A DNA stretch of 64,000 nt from Tunicatimonas sp. (GTDB lineage: Bacteria > Bacteroidota > Bacteroidia > Cytophagales > Cyclobacteriaceae), in NCBI GenBank assembly GCA_049650865.1, contig JBASAY010000211.1, positions 43,095-107,094 of the forward strand, written 5' to 3'. Positions 37,867 through 47,194 of this stretch are shown in pieces (within the stretch, counting starts at the first letter, position 1; each line of letters opens with the position of its first letter). A model generated the notes under the pieces. It searched no databases and was not told where the DNA came from. It saw only the letters and a program-made list of their open reading frames with translations. The translations under genes were made by a program, and so were the position numbers.

Positions 37867-40800
37867 CTATTTTCTCCCTAAAATCTCGGACAGAATGGCG
37901 ATTGCCTCTTCTACGGTAGAAACGTTCTCGATAGACAAGATAGGCCGCTTTTTGGTTTCTTTCATCTGGCAGCGCTTGGGGTGCTGCTGCACGTACTGAA
38001 GGATGTTTCCGAAAATATCGGAGTTCACGTACTCAGGGTCATCAGTGCGAGCAAAGTAACCCTTCATGCGGCTGCTCTTGAGCGTTAGCTTCTCAAAACC
38101 CAGCTGTTCGGCCAACCACCGCAGCCGCACGGTGCTGATTAGCTCCAGCACCGGTTCGGGTAGCGGGCCGAATCGATCTTCTAGCATCACTTTAAACTCC
38201 TGAAGGGCCGCTTTATCCCTAATGTTATCGAGGCGGGAGTAGATACGCAGGCGTTCGGTGGTGCTACTGATGTAGGTCTCCGGAATGATCACCTCGAGGT
38301 CGGTTTCAATAGAACAGTCTTGCACCAGCGGCTTGATGGTTTCGCTGAGCTCACGCACAAACAAATCTTTGAAGTCGTTTTCCTTTAGCTCCTGAATGGC
38401 CTCGTCCAGAATTTTGTGGTACATCTCGAAGCCCAGATCAGAAATGAAGCCACTCTGCTCGGACCCCAGTAGGTTTCCGGCCCCACGGATGTCCAGGTCA
38501 CGCATGGCCACTTTGAAGCCATCGCCCAGTTCAGAAAACTCTTCTAGCGTAGACAAGCGCTTGCGGGCGTCGGCGGTGAGGCCAATGGTGGGGGGAGAAA
38601 GCAGGTAGCAGAAAGCTTTTCGGTTAGAGCGCCCTACCCTACCCCGCATCTGGTGCAAGTCGGACAGCCCAAACATGTGGGCGTTGTTGATAATAATCGT
38701 ATTCGCGTTCGGAATATCCAGTCCCGACTCGATGATGTTGGTAGACACCAGCACGTCGTGCTCTCCCTCAATAAACATCACCATGGTCTTCTCTAGCCTG
38801 GCGCCGTCCATTTGTCCGTGGGCTACCGCCACGCGGGCATCGGGCACCAGCCGAAGGATAATATTGGCAATCGACTCGATATCGCCTACGCGGTTGTGCA
38901 CAAAAAATACCTGTCCGCCCCGCCGCAGTTCGTAACTAATTGCGTCGCGAATGACGGCCTCGTTAAAGGTATGCAACTCGGTGGTAACGGGGCGCCGGTT
39001 GGGAGGCGGAGTAGCTATGATGCTAAGGTCGCGGGCCCCCATCAGGGAGAACTGCAGCGTACGCGGTATAGGCGTGGCCGTGAGGGTGAGCACATCAACG
39101 TTGACCCGCATTTCTTTGAGGCGCTCCTTTACCTTGACACCAAACTTCTGTTCCTCGTCAACAATCAGCAAGCCTAAGTTTTTAAACACCACATCTTTAT
39201 TGACGATGCGGTGGGTGCCAATCAGGATGTTTACTTCGCCCTCGGCGACGCGCTTCAAAATTGCCTTAATGTCTTTGGTAGACTTAAAGCGGTTGATGTA
39301 CTCCATCGTGATGGGGAAGTCAGACAGCCGTTCGCGCAGGGTGCGGTAGTGCTGCATGGCCAAAATGGTGGTAGGCACCAGTAGCGCCACCTGTTTGCCT
39401 TCGGTAACCGCCTTAAAGGCCGCCCGAATCGCGATTTCGGTTTTGCCAAAGCCCACGTCGCCGCAAACCAAGCGGTCCATGGGGTGCGGCTGCTCCATAT
39501 CGTACTTCACGTCTTCGGTAGCCTTGGCTTGGTCGGGGGTGTCTTCGTACATAAAAGAAGACTCTAGTTCGGCCTGCAGAAAACCGTCGGGGCTGAAAGA
39601 CGTGCCTTCAGCCGCCTTGCGTTTGGCGTACAGGCTGATCAGGTCCTTGGCGATGTCCTGTACCTTGCGCTTGGCACGCTTCTTTTTGTTGTCCCACTCG
39701 GGAGACCCCAGTTTGCTGATGGCAGGCGGTCCGGCTTCCTGGCCGCTATACTTAGAGATTTTGTGCAGGGAGTGCACTCCAACGTACAGCAGGTCATCGT
39801 CGCGGTACACCAAGCGGATAGCCTCCTGCTCGCGGCCGTTGTTGTCCATCTTTTCCATCCCGGCAAAGCGGCCCACCCCGTGGTCGATGTGCACCACGTA
39901 GTCACCTACCTTGAGCTCGCGCAGTTCTTTAAGGCTCAGCGCGCGTGACTTGCTGCGGACACCCCGGGTTTTGTAGCGGTGAAAACGGTCGAAAAGCTGG
40001 TGATCGGTGTAGCAAACAATTTTTAGAGAAGCATCCACGAAGCCCGCTCGCAAAGACGTATAGAGGGGCTCGAAGACCACCTCAGAGTTGACCTCTTCAA
40101 AGATGCGACGAAGCCGCTCAATCTGCTGCTCCGAGTCTGACGCGATCAGGTTAGTAAACCCCTGGTCGGTGTTTTCTATAAGGTTTTGAGCGAGCAGCTC
40201 GAAATTCTTGTTGAAAGAAGGCTGGGGTTGGCTCTCTATTGTAAACACCCGCTCGGTAGCCACCTGGAAGCGGTTGCCGAACTCTACGGTGGTGAATTGC
40301 GACAAGGATTCTGAAAAATGCGCTTGGGTCTCGAACAAAGCGTCGGGGCCGAAGACCACCTGGGTGTTGCCCGCCGCGTGCATAAGTTCGTCAAAGTTTT
40401 CTTCGGCCTTCGCGAAGTAGGCCTTGATAATGTCTCCGGTTTGCTGCCGATCCCGACACCACACCTGGGTATGCTCGGGAGACAGAAAATCAAGAAAAGA
40501 CTCCCGCTTCTCTTCCTGAAACTGCGTCTGCACGTTCGGAATGATGCTAATTTGGGTCAGGCCCTCCTGCGACAACTGCGAAGCCACGTCAAAGGTGCGA
40601 ATGGCCTCCACCTCATCACCAAAGAGCTCCAGGCGGTAGGGCATCTCGTTTGCGTATGAGAAAATGTCTACAATCCCTCCCCGAATGGCAAACTGCCCGG
40701 GCTCGTAAACGAAGTCGGTTTTCTCAAAGTCGTAATTTACGAGCAGTTCGCTAATAAACTGGGTGTCGATCCGTTCTCCTATACGAATAAAGAAGGTGTG

Positions 40801-41295
40801 CTTCTGAAGGGTCTCCTGATTAACCACTCGTTCGGCCAAGGCGTCGGGGTAGGTAACGATCAGGTGCTCGGGCGATGAGGAGTTCATGATGATATTCAGA
40901 ATCTCCGCCCGCATCAGTACGTTGGCGTTTTCGGTCTCATCTAGCTGGTAGGGCTTTTTAAAGGAAGCCGGATACAGCAGCACCGGTCGATGGTGCAGAT
41001 TTTGCAAGTCGTTCTGGAGGTAGGCCGCCTCTTCCTTGTCATTAACGATAAAGAGCTGGTTCTGAGGATGAATTTGGTAGATGGCACTGGCGACTACCGC
41101 ATCCATACTGCCGGTAAGGCCCTTGAGATGAACCGTCTGCGAGGTGGCGTTGGTAATTAACGAAGCAAGGGTTTGAACAAAGCTATCCTGGGTGTACTGA
41201 TTGAGTAAATCCTTCGTCTGCACGCGCGGCCGGTTACTTTCGGTGGGAGATAAATTACAGATTATCAGAACTAGCCACTCATAAATATGTTTCAC
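37867..41295 (-). CDS. mfd: Transcription-repair coupling factor
   Basis: 1142 aa. CarD-like VGDYVVHIDHGVGRF. Helicase motifs GDVGFGKTE and DEEQKFGV. The TRG region. Confidence 0.95.
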   Translation of the reverse strand: MKHIYEWLVLIICNLSPTESNRPRVQTKDLLNQYTQDSFVQTLASLITNATSQTVHLKGLTGSMDAVVASAIYQIHPQNQLFIVNDKEEAAYLQNDLQNLHHRPVLLYPASFKKPYQLDETENANVLMRAEILNIIMNSSSPEHLIVTYPDALAERVVNQETLQKHTFFIRIGERIDTQFISELLVNYDFEKTDFVYEPGQFAIRGGIVDIFSYANEMPYRLELFGDEVEAIRTFDVASQLSQEGLTQISIIPNVQTQFQEEKRESFLDFLSPEHTQVWCRDRQQTGDIIKAYFAKAEENFDELMHAAGNTQVVFGPDALFETQAHFSESLSQFTTVEFGNRFQVATERVFTIESQPQPSFNKNFELLAQNLIENTDQGFTNLIASDSEQQIERLRRIFEEVNSEVVFEPLYTSLRAGFVDASLKIVCYTDHQLFDRFHRYKTRGVRSKSRALSLKELRELKVGDYVVHIDHGVGRFAGMEKMDNNGREQEAIRLVYRDDDLLYVGVHSLHKISKYSGQEAGPPAISKLGSPEWDNKKKRAKRKVQDIAKDLISLYAKRKAAEGTSFSPDGFLQAELESSFMYEDTPDQAKATEDVKYDMEQPHPMDRLVCGDVGFGKTEIAIRAAFKAVTEGKQVALLVPTTILAMQHYRTLRERLSDFPITMEYINRFKSTKDIKAILKRVAEGEVNILIGTHRIVNKDVVFKNLGLLIVDEEQKFGVKVKERLKEMRVNVDVLTLTATPIPRTLQFSLMGARDLSIIATPPPNRRPVTTELHTFNEAVIRDAISYELRRGGQVFFVHNRVGDIESIANIILRLVPDARVAVAHGQMDGARLEKTMVMFIEGEHDVLVSTNIIESGLDIPNANTIIINNAHMFGLSDLHQMRGRVGRSNRKAFCYLLSPPTIGLTADARKRLSTLEEFSELGDGFKVAMRDLDIRGAGNLLGSEQSGFISDLGFEMYHKILDEAIQELKENDFKDLFVRELSETIKPLVQDCSIETDLEVIIPETYISSTTERLRIYSRLDNIRDKAALQEFKVMLEDRFGPLPEPVLELISTVRLRWLAEQLGFEKLTLKSSRMKGYFARTDDPEYVNSDIFGNILQYVQQHPKRCQMKETKKRPILSIENVSTVEEAIAILSEILGRK

Positions 41296-41327
41296 TAGGA
41301 GCCCCCTAGCTCAATTACGAAACAGCT

Positions 41328-41957
41328 ATGCAAAACCAGAACAAAAACACCCAGAAGGCCAGCCCGCAAAACGTGATGGATCGTCTGGAAAAGCTACATC
41401 CCCATAAAACGCTTTTGTATTTGGCAATCTTCGGAAGTTGTCTGCTGTTCGGGTTTCTGATTACGGCGTATGCGGTGAAGACCGATCACAATACGTTTAT
41501 CAACTTTCGGTTTCCCAAGTCGTTTATCGTGAGCTTGGTGCTACTGCTTTTCTCCAGTTTCTCAATCTCTAAAGCCCTGGGTGCTTTCCGAGACGACGAC
41601 ATGGAAGCGCTGAAGCAATCGTTGGGTCTTACCCTATTGTTGGGGTTGGGATTCACCATCAGCCAGTACGTAGGGTGGTACGAGCTTAACCAGTCTAAAA
41701 TCTATTTGTCGGGTGAGGTATCGGGATCGTACCTTTATATCATCTCGGGACTGCACGTGTTGCACCTGGCGGCGGGGCTGGTGTTTTTAACCGTAACCTA
41801 CACGCACGTAAGCAATGTTTCGCGTGATCAGGTAAAGCGATTGATTATGGTAACCAACCCGTACCAACGCATCAAATTGGAAATGCTGACGGTATACTGG
41901 CACTTCGTGGATATTCTGTGGGTAGTGCTATTCTTTTACTTCCTGTTTAGTTTCTAA
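41328..41957 (+). CDS. Heme-copper oxidase subunit III-family membrane protein
   Basis: 209 aa, about 5 TM. Segments LYIISGLHVLHLAAGLVFL and YWHFVDILWVVLFFYF are typical of the CoxIII family. No other cox genes nearby. Confidence 0.8.
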   Translation: MQNQNKNTQKASPQNVMDRLEKLHPHKTLLYLAIFGSCLLFGFLITAYAVKTDHNTFINFRFPKSFIVSLVLLLFSSFSISKALGAFRDDDMEALKQSLGLTLLLGLGFTISQYVGWYELNQSKIYLSGEVSGSYLYIISGLHVLHLAAGLVFLTVTYTHVSNVSRDQVKRLIMVTNPYQRIKLEMLTVYWHFVDILWVVLFFYFLFSF

Positions 41958-42914
41958 CTTCTTCCGGTAAGTAGTTAACGAGTTATCGCTTACCCGCTGT
42001 TGACCACTATAGTACCGGTCGCTAATGCGTGGAGCCGGAAGTCCTTCTTTAAAGATTGTCGGCGCTCGAAACACCCGGGCCTCATCCCACCAACCCTGGT
42101 CCAGGAGAAAGTTAAGTAAGGTGGCCCCACCCTCAACCAGCACCGATTCAATTCCTCGGGCGTACAGGTCGTTCAGCACAAAACGTACTCGGTCTGGCCA
42201 GGATAGATAATCACCGGGCACTAGTGCGAACTCCAGATTTGGGCTAACTTCTTCTCGCTGATTGTTATAATACAAAGTAGGTTGCGACTGATCAAAGATG
42301 TGTAACTCCTCAGGCAGTTGGAGGGATGGATCTACAACGATGCGAAGCGGATCAGGACCCCTCCAAAAACGTACGTTGAGCCGTGGGTTATCGTGAAGAT
42401 ACGTAGTCTTACCTACCCAGATGGCCGCTTCTTGTGACCGCCACTGGTGCACCAGGCGGCGAGCGTGGGCATTACTGATCCAATAAGGCGCCGAAGAAGA
42501 AGGAGCCATAAATCCATCGGCCGTTTCGGCCCACTTTAGCAATAGGTAGGGGCGTTTTTGTTGTTGCCCGGTAAGAAAACGGCGGTTAACATAGAGCGCT
42601 TCGGACTGCACCGAACTGTCTGAAGCGTCGGCTAAATAAAAATTATCTACCCGAAGGGTAGCGCAGAAGGTAGTAAGCTCTTGCTCAGAAGAAAAAGGAT
42701 TAGTACTTAGGTAGAGGCTGCTTTGATTAAGCACTACGGGTTGAGGCTCAGACAACGCGGTGGTCGAGCTACCTTCGGCTACTACGCCTTGATCGTTCGC
42801 TAAGACCCACCCCAACCGCGGCCCCCGAGCGGTAGGGCGTGATCCGGCAACCACCAAATCTAATGTACGGCGAAGAAGGACCGACTGAGCGTTTATCTTA
42901 TTGTAGTCATTCAT
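41928..42914 (-). CDS. RibD-like protein: apparently intact pyrimidine reductase domain, degenerate deaminase domain
   Basis: 328 aa. Reductase part RPYLLLKWAETADGFMA...WISNAHARRLVHQWR...DNPRLNV...VEGGATLL. The N-terminal part aligns by eye to the RibD deaminase domain but lacks HAE and PCxxC. Confidence 0.8.
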   Translation of the reverse strand: MNDYNKINAQSVLLRRTLDLVVAGSRPTARGPRLGWVLANDQGVVAEGSSTTALSEPQPVVLNQSSLYLSTNPFSSEQELTTFCATLRVDNFYLADASDSSVQSEALYVNRRFLTGQQQKRPYLLLKWAETADGFMAPSSSAPYWISNAHARRLVHQWRSQEAAIWVGKTTYLHDNPRLNVRFWRGPDPLRIVVDPSLQLPEELHIFDQSQPTLYYNNQREEVSPNLEFALVPGDYLSWPDRVRFVLNDLYARGIESVLVEGGATLLNFLLDQGWWDEARVFRAPTIFKEGLPAPRISDRYYSGQQRVSDNSLTTYRKKLETKQEVKE

Positions 42915-42943
42915 GAGTTAAGTGCCGCAAGAAGTACACAACT

Positions 42944-43810
42944 ATGCCTCAAGTATACAAACTTAAAGAACTACAGATTCAACTACGGGATAAACTAACT
43001 CCCGACGCTGGCGGACCGGAAGAAGCAACCGTGATGGCCAGCTGGTTGCTAGAGCACTTTCTATTCGTAAGCCGCACCGAGTTGCTACTTAACGCATCGG
43101 TGAATATTTCATCCGAAACCTTACAGCGCATCAATGAGGCGGTAGTCCGCTTACGCAAGCAAGAGCCTATTCAGTACGTGCTGGGCGAAGCCGACTTCTA
43201 CGGCCGAACGTTTATGGTATCGCCCAACGTACTCATCCCCCGGCGAGAAACCGAGGAACTGGTAGCGTTGGTGAAGCAGGAAAATCAGCAAACGGAATTG
43301 TCTGTGCTGGACGTGGGCACCGGAAGCGGTTGCGTTGCGGTCACTTTGGCAAAGGAGCTCAACGCGCCCCGAGTACACGCCTTCGACATAAGCGAGGCTG
43401 CGGTACGCATAGCCCAAGGCAACGCCGTTCACCACCAGGCAGACGTTGCCTTCGTCGTTGGAGACTTGTTCGATGAGCAACTTTCGGTGCCTAGTCCGTT
43501 TGACGTGGTGGTGAGTAATCCGCCCTACGTCCGGCGAAGCGAAGCCGCAGCAATGGCCGACCGGGTGGTGCGTTACGAACCGGGGCAGGCGCTCTTTGTA
43601 AGCGATGCCGACCCACTGCGCTACTACCGCGAAATTGCGCACAGGTGCTGCCAAGGGTGGCTGCAGTCGGGAGGGAGAGTATACCTGGAGATCAACGAAT
43701 CGTTGGGAGCAGAAGTAATGCAAGTGCTAAAAAACGAACACTTTACCAGAGTAATCTTACACAAAGACCTGCAGAGGAAAGAACGATTTGTGTCGGCGAT
43801 ACTATTATGA
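42944..43810 (+). CDS. prmC: Peptide chain release factor N5-glutamine methyltransferase
   Basis: 288 aa. SAM motif VLDVGTGSGCVA and catalytic VVSNPPYV. Confidence 0.92.
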   Translation: MPQVYKLKELQIQLRDKLTPDAGGPEEATVMASWLLEHFLFVSRTELLLNASVNISSETLQRINEAVVRLRKQEPIQYVLGEADFYGRTFMVSPNVLIPRRETEELVALVKQENQQTELSVLDVGTGSGCVAVTLAKELNAPRVHAFDISEAAVRIAQGNAVHHQADVAFVVGDLFDEQLSVPSPFDVVVSNPPYVRRSEAAAMADRVVRYEPGQALFVSDADPLRYYREIAHRCCQGWLQSGGRVYLEINESLGAEVMQVLKNEHFTRVILHKDLQRKERFVSAILL

Positions 43811-43900
43811 TACGCTCGTAATAGCTACTTTTGCGATTGTTAGGTATCGTAGTAGCCTTTAGTGTGTTTCATTCGGTAAAGAAATTTAGTGTATATCTAG

Positions 43901-44491
43901 TTGAGTAATCTCTATCCCATATTCGATACGCTGGTGAGCACGCAGCAAAAAGAAGCGCTGCTGGTCCAGCGGGGGCGGGTGGTCTGGCTGGTCGGCTTGT
44001 CCGGTTCGGGCAAAAGCACCCTAGCCCGCGCTGCCGAACATACCCTGCATGACCAGCGTAAGGTAACCATGCTGCTGGATGGAGACAACCTGCGTACTGG
44101 GGTAAATAACAACCTAGGATTTAGCCAAGAGGACCGGCAGGAAAACATCCGCCGCGCTGCCGAAGTGGCTAAGCTCTTCGCCGGGGCGGGCGTAATCACG
44201 CTCTGCTCTATGATCACTCCCACCGCTGCACTGCGCGAATTGGCTAAGTCTGTTATCGGTTCAAGCTACTTCGAGGTGTACGTAGACTGTCCGCTAGAGG
44301 TATGCGAGCAGCGCGACGTGAAGGGATTGTACGCCAAGGCCCGCCGTGGGGAGATCAACGACTTCACCGGCGTGAGTGCGCCCTTTGAGCCGCCCCAGCA
44401 GCCTGACCTACGCCTGCGTACCAACCAACAATCTTTAGAAGAGAGCCATCAATTACTGATAGACGCTATCCTGAAAATTACTACTTTATGA
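43901..44491 (+). CDS. cysC: Adenylylsulfate kinase
   Basis: 196 aa. P-loop GLSGSGKST and LDGDNLR. TTG start as given by the track. Confidence 0.92.
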   Translation: MSNLYPIFDTLVSTQQKEALLVQRGRVVWLVGLSGSGKSTLARAAEHTLHDQRKVTMLLDGDNLRTGVNNNLGFSQEDRQENIRRAAEVAKLFAGAGVITLCSMITPTAALRELAKSVIGSSYFEVYVDCPLEVCEQRDVKGLYAKARRGEINDFTGVSAPFEPPQQPDLRLRTNQQSLEESHQLLIDAILKITTL

Positions 44492-45393
44492 TCTCCTACA
44501 GTCTTACTCATCTGCAACAGTTAGAAGCCGAAGCGATCTTCATCATGCGCGAAGTGGCCGCCCAGTTTGAGCGCCCGGTGCTACTCTTCTCGGGAGGCAA
44601 AGATTCTATCGTAATGGTGCGCCTGGCGCAGAAAGCTTTCTGGCCTGCCAAGCTGCCCTTCCCCCTGCTGCACATCGACACGGGCCACAACTTCCCCGAA
44701 ACCATTGCCTTTCGCGACGAACTCGTTGATCAACTTGGGGCTACTTTACAAGTACGCTACGTACAGGATTCTATCGACCAGGGCCGTGCCGTAGAAGAGA
44801 AGGGGCCAAACCCGAGCCGCAATGGCTTGCAAACGATCACGCTGCTAGAAGCGCTGGAAGAACTAAAGGTGGATGCGGCTTTTGGCGGGGCGCGTCGTGA
44901 CGAAGAGAAGGCCCGCGCTAAAGAACGCTTTTTCTCGCACCGCGACGAGTTTGGGCAGTGGAACCCGCGGCAACAGCGCCCGGAGCTGTGGAATCTATTC
45001 AACGGCCGAAAGAACGTAGGCGAGCACTTTCGGGTGTTTCCCCTCAGTAACTGGACCGAGATGGACGTGTGGCAGTACATTGCCGCTGAGCAACTGTCCA
45101 TTCCCCCCATCTATTTTGCCCACTCTCGCCCGGTAGTGGAGCGCGACGGGGTGCTGCTGGCCCAGTCAGAGTTCATTACCCTGATGAAGGACGAAGCCTA
45201 TCAGGATCGGCAGGTGCGCTTCCGTACGGTAGGCGATATGACCTGCACGGGGGCGGTAGCGTCACCGGCCAGTAATCTGGAAGCGATTATCGCTGAGGTG
45301 GCCGCCGCCAAGGTGACCGAACGGGGCGGGCGGGCCGACGACAAGCGCTCGGAAGCCGCCATGGAAGACCGCAAGAAGCAGGGATACTTTTGA
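44488..45393 (+). CDS. cysD: Sulfate adenylyltransferase subunit 2
   Basis: 301 aa. PP-loop LFSGGKDS. Full-length CysD-like sequence. 4-nt overlap with cysC. Confidence 0.95.
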   Translation: MISYSLTHLQQLEAEAIFIMREVAAQFERPVLLFSGGKDSIVMVRLAQKAFWPAKLPFPLLHIDTGHNFPETIAFRDELVDQLGATLQVRYVQDSIDQGRAVEEKGPNPSRNGLQTITLLEALEELKVDAAFGGARRDEEKARAKERFFSHRDEFGQWNPRQQRPELWNLFNGRKNVGEHFRVFPLSNWTEMDVWQYIAAEQLSIPPIYFAHSRPVVERDGVLLAQSEFITLMKDEAYQDRQVRFRTVGDMTCTGAVASPASNLEAIIAEVAAAKVTERGGRADDKRSEAAMEDRKKQGYF

Positions 45394-45397
45394 GATT

Positions 45398-45437
45398 TGA
45401 GATATGAGATAAGAAATGTAAAAAGAGAAGAGTGAGG
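45398..45437. repeat. Left arm of an imperfect inverted repeat flanking the four-helix-bundle gene
   Basis: Three blocks: tgagatatgagataaga, aaatgtaaaa and gagtgagg. They recur in the same order in the reverse complement of 45810-45869. Confidence 0.4.
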
Positions 45438-45457
45438 TGAGGGATTGAAAAAGGGGT

Positions 45458-45808
45458 GTGATGGAGACGGACTTGAAACAGCGAACCAAAGAATACGCAT
45501 TGGCAATTCTTCGCTTATGCGCTACGCTACCTAAAAGCGAAGTGGGAAGAGTGATTAGTCGGCAGTTGCTGCGCTCAGGCACTTCAGTAGGAGCCAATAC
45601 GCGGGCAGCTTTCAGAGGCAGAAGTAAAAAAGAGTTCATTGCTAAACTAGGCATCGTCATTGAAGAAGCCGACGAAAGTCTTTATTGGTTAGAACTGCTT
45701 ACTGCAGGAGAGATTATCAATAAAGACCTTAACATTAGCGCTCTGATGCAGGAAACCGAAGAATTACTTGCCATTTTCGTATCTATAAAAGTCAAGCATA
45801 AAGTATAA
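45458..45808 (+). CDS. Four-helix-bundle protein ('23S rRNA intervening sequence protein' / TIGR02436-like)
   Basis: 116 aa. Family-typical segments RQLLRSGTSVGANTRAAFRGRSKKEFIAKLGIVIEEADESLYWLELL. Confidence 0.85.
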   Translation: MMETDLKQRTKEYALAILRLCATLPKSEVGRVISRQLLRSGTSVGANTRAAFRGRSKKEFIAKLGIVIEEADESLYWLELLTAGEIINKDLNISALMQETEELLAIFVSIKVKHKV

Positions 45809-45809
45809 G

Positions 45810-45869
45810 CCTCACTCATATTTTAAAGTTTCGCATTTCACATTTTTGAGTCTCTAATCTCATCTCTCA
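45810..45869. repeat. Right arm of an imperfect inverted repeat flanking the four-helix-bundle gene
   Basis: cctcactc (45810-45817), atttcacattt (45835-45845) and tctaatctcatctctca (45853-45869). The last block is a 15/17 reverse-complement match to 45398-45414. Confidence 0.4.
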
Positions 45870-45885
45870 CCTTTCATATTTTCTT

Positions 45886-47175
45886 ATGACTTCTCAAGAA
45901 ATCGACATACCAACCAATCAGCAGTACCTCACCATGGACTTGCTGCGTTTCACTACCGCGGGTAGCGTAGACGACGGCAAAAGCACGCTAATCGGACGGC
46001 TGTTGTACGATAGTAAAGCTATCTTCGAGGATCAGCTGGACGCCGTAGAACGGGCTAGTACCAGTGCGGGCGATGCCCACGTAAATTTGGCGCTGCTTAC
46101 CGACGGCTTGCGCGACGAGCGCGAGCAGGGCATTACCATTGACGTAGCCTACCGCTACTTTGCCACCCCCCGGCGCAAATTCATTATCGCCGACACTCCG
46201 GGTCACATTCAGTACACCCGCAACATGGTGACCGGGGCCTCAACGGCCAACCTGGCTATCGTGCTGGTGGATGCCCGCCACGGAGTAGTAGAGCAAACCT
46301 GCCGCCACGCCTTTATCGCCTCGCTGCTGCGTATTCAGCACCTCATCCTATGCGTGAACAAGATGGATTTAGTAGACTACGGCGAAGAAGCGTTTACTAA
46401 AATCAGAGAAGAGTTTGCGCAGTTCAGTTCCAAACTAAATATTCCCGACATTATCTACCTCCCGATCAGTGCGCTGAAGGGCGACAACGTGGTGCACAAA
46501 TCAGAGAACATGCCCTGGTACGGGGGGGGTAGCTTGCTCTATACCCTAGAGAACGTACAGGTAAGCAGCGACTACAACCTAGTAGATTCGCGCTTTCCGG
46601 TGCAGCGCATCATCCGGCCGCAGTCGGACGACTATCATGATTACCGCAGCTACGCCGGTCGGGTGGCCGGCGGGGTATTTAAACCCGGCGATGAGGTAAT
46701 TGCTTTGCCATCGGGACTAACTACTACAGTGGCATCCATAGACACCATTGATGGGGAGCTACAGGAAGCGTACCCACCCATGTCGGTAGCCCTACGGCTG
46801 AGCGACGATATAGACGTGACGCGGGGCGACATGCTGGCCAAACCCGACAACCAACCTACGGTGGGGCAAGATGTAGACCTGATGGTGTGCTGGCTGCACG
46901 AGAAAGCCTTGGTACCGGGGGGCAAGTACACTCTGCGGCACACTACTCAAGAAGCACGGTGCATTGTTAAAGAGGTGAAGTATAAAGTGGATATCAACAC
47001 GCTGCACCGCAGCGAGGATGACAAAAATATCGGTTTGAACGACATTGGCCGCATCCGTATCCGCACCACCACTCCCCTGCTCTACGATAGCTACCAGAAG
47101 AACCGCACGACCGGCAGTTTAATCCTTATCGATGAATTTACGAATGAAACCTTGGGGGCGGGCATGATTATTTGA
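45886..47175 (+). CDS. cysN: Sulfate adenylyltransferase subunit 1 (GTPase)
   Basis: 429 aa. G1 GSVDDGKSTL, G3 DTPGH, G4 NKMD. Confidence 0.95.
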   Translation: MTSQEIDIPTNQQYLTMDLLRFTTAGSVDDGKSTLIGRLLYDSKAIFEDQLDAVERASTSAGDAHVNLALLTDGLRDEREQGITIDVAYRYFATPRRKFIIADTPGHIQYTRNMVTGASTANLAIVLVDARHGVVEQTCRHAFIASLLRIQHLILCVNKMDLVDYGEEAFTKIREEFAQFSSKLNIPDIIYLPISALKGDNVVHKSENMPWYGGGSLLYTLENVQVSSDYNLVDSRFPVQRIIRPQSDDYHDYRSYAGRVAGGVFKPGDEVIALPSGLTTTVASIDTIDGELQEAYPPMSVALRLSDDIDVTRGDMLAKPDNQPTVGQDVDLMVCWLHEKALVPGGKYTLRHTTQEARCIVKEVKYKVDINTLHRSEDDKNIGLNDIGRIRIRTTTPLLYDSYQKNRTTGSLILIDEFTNETLGAGMII

Positions 47176-47194
47176 CTTCATGCGTTGGTGATGC

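Noticed and set aside
45201-45660. Minus-strand ORFs (101 aa and 132 aa) spanning the cysD 3' end and the four-helix-bundle gene.
   Set aside because: They are antisense to two recognisable genes and their translations have no motifs. The four-helix-bundle reading on the plus strand has family-typical sequence.
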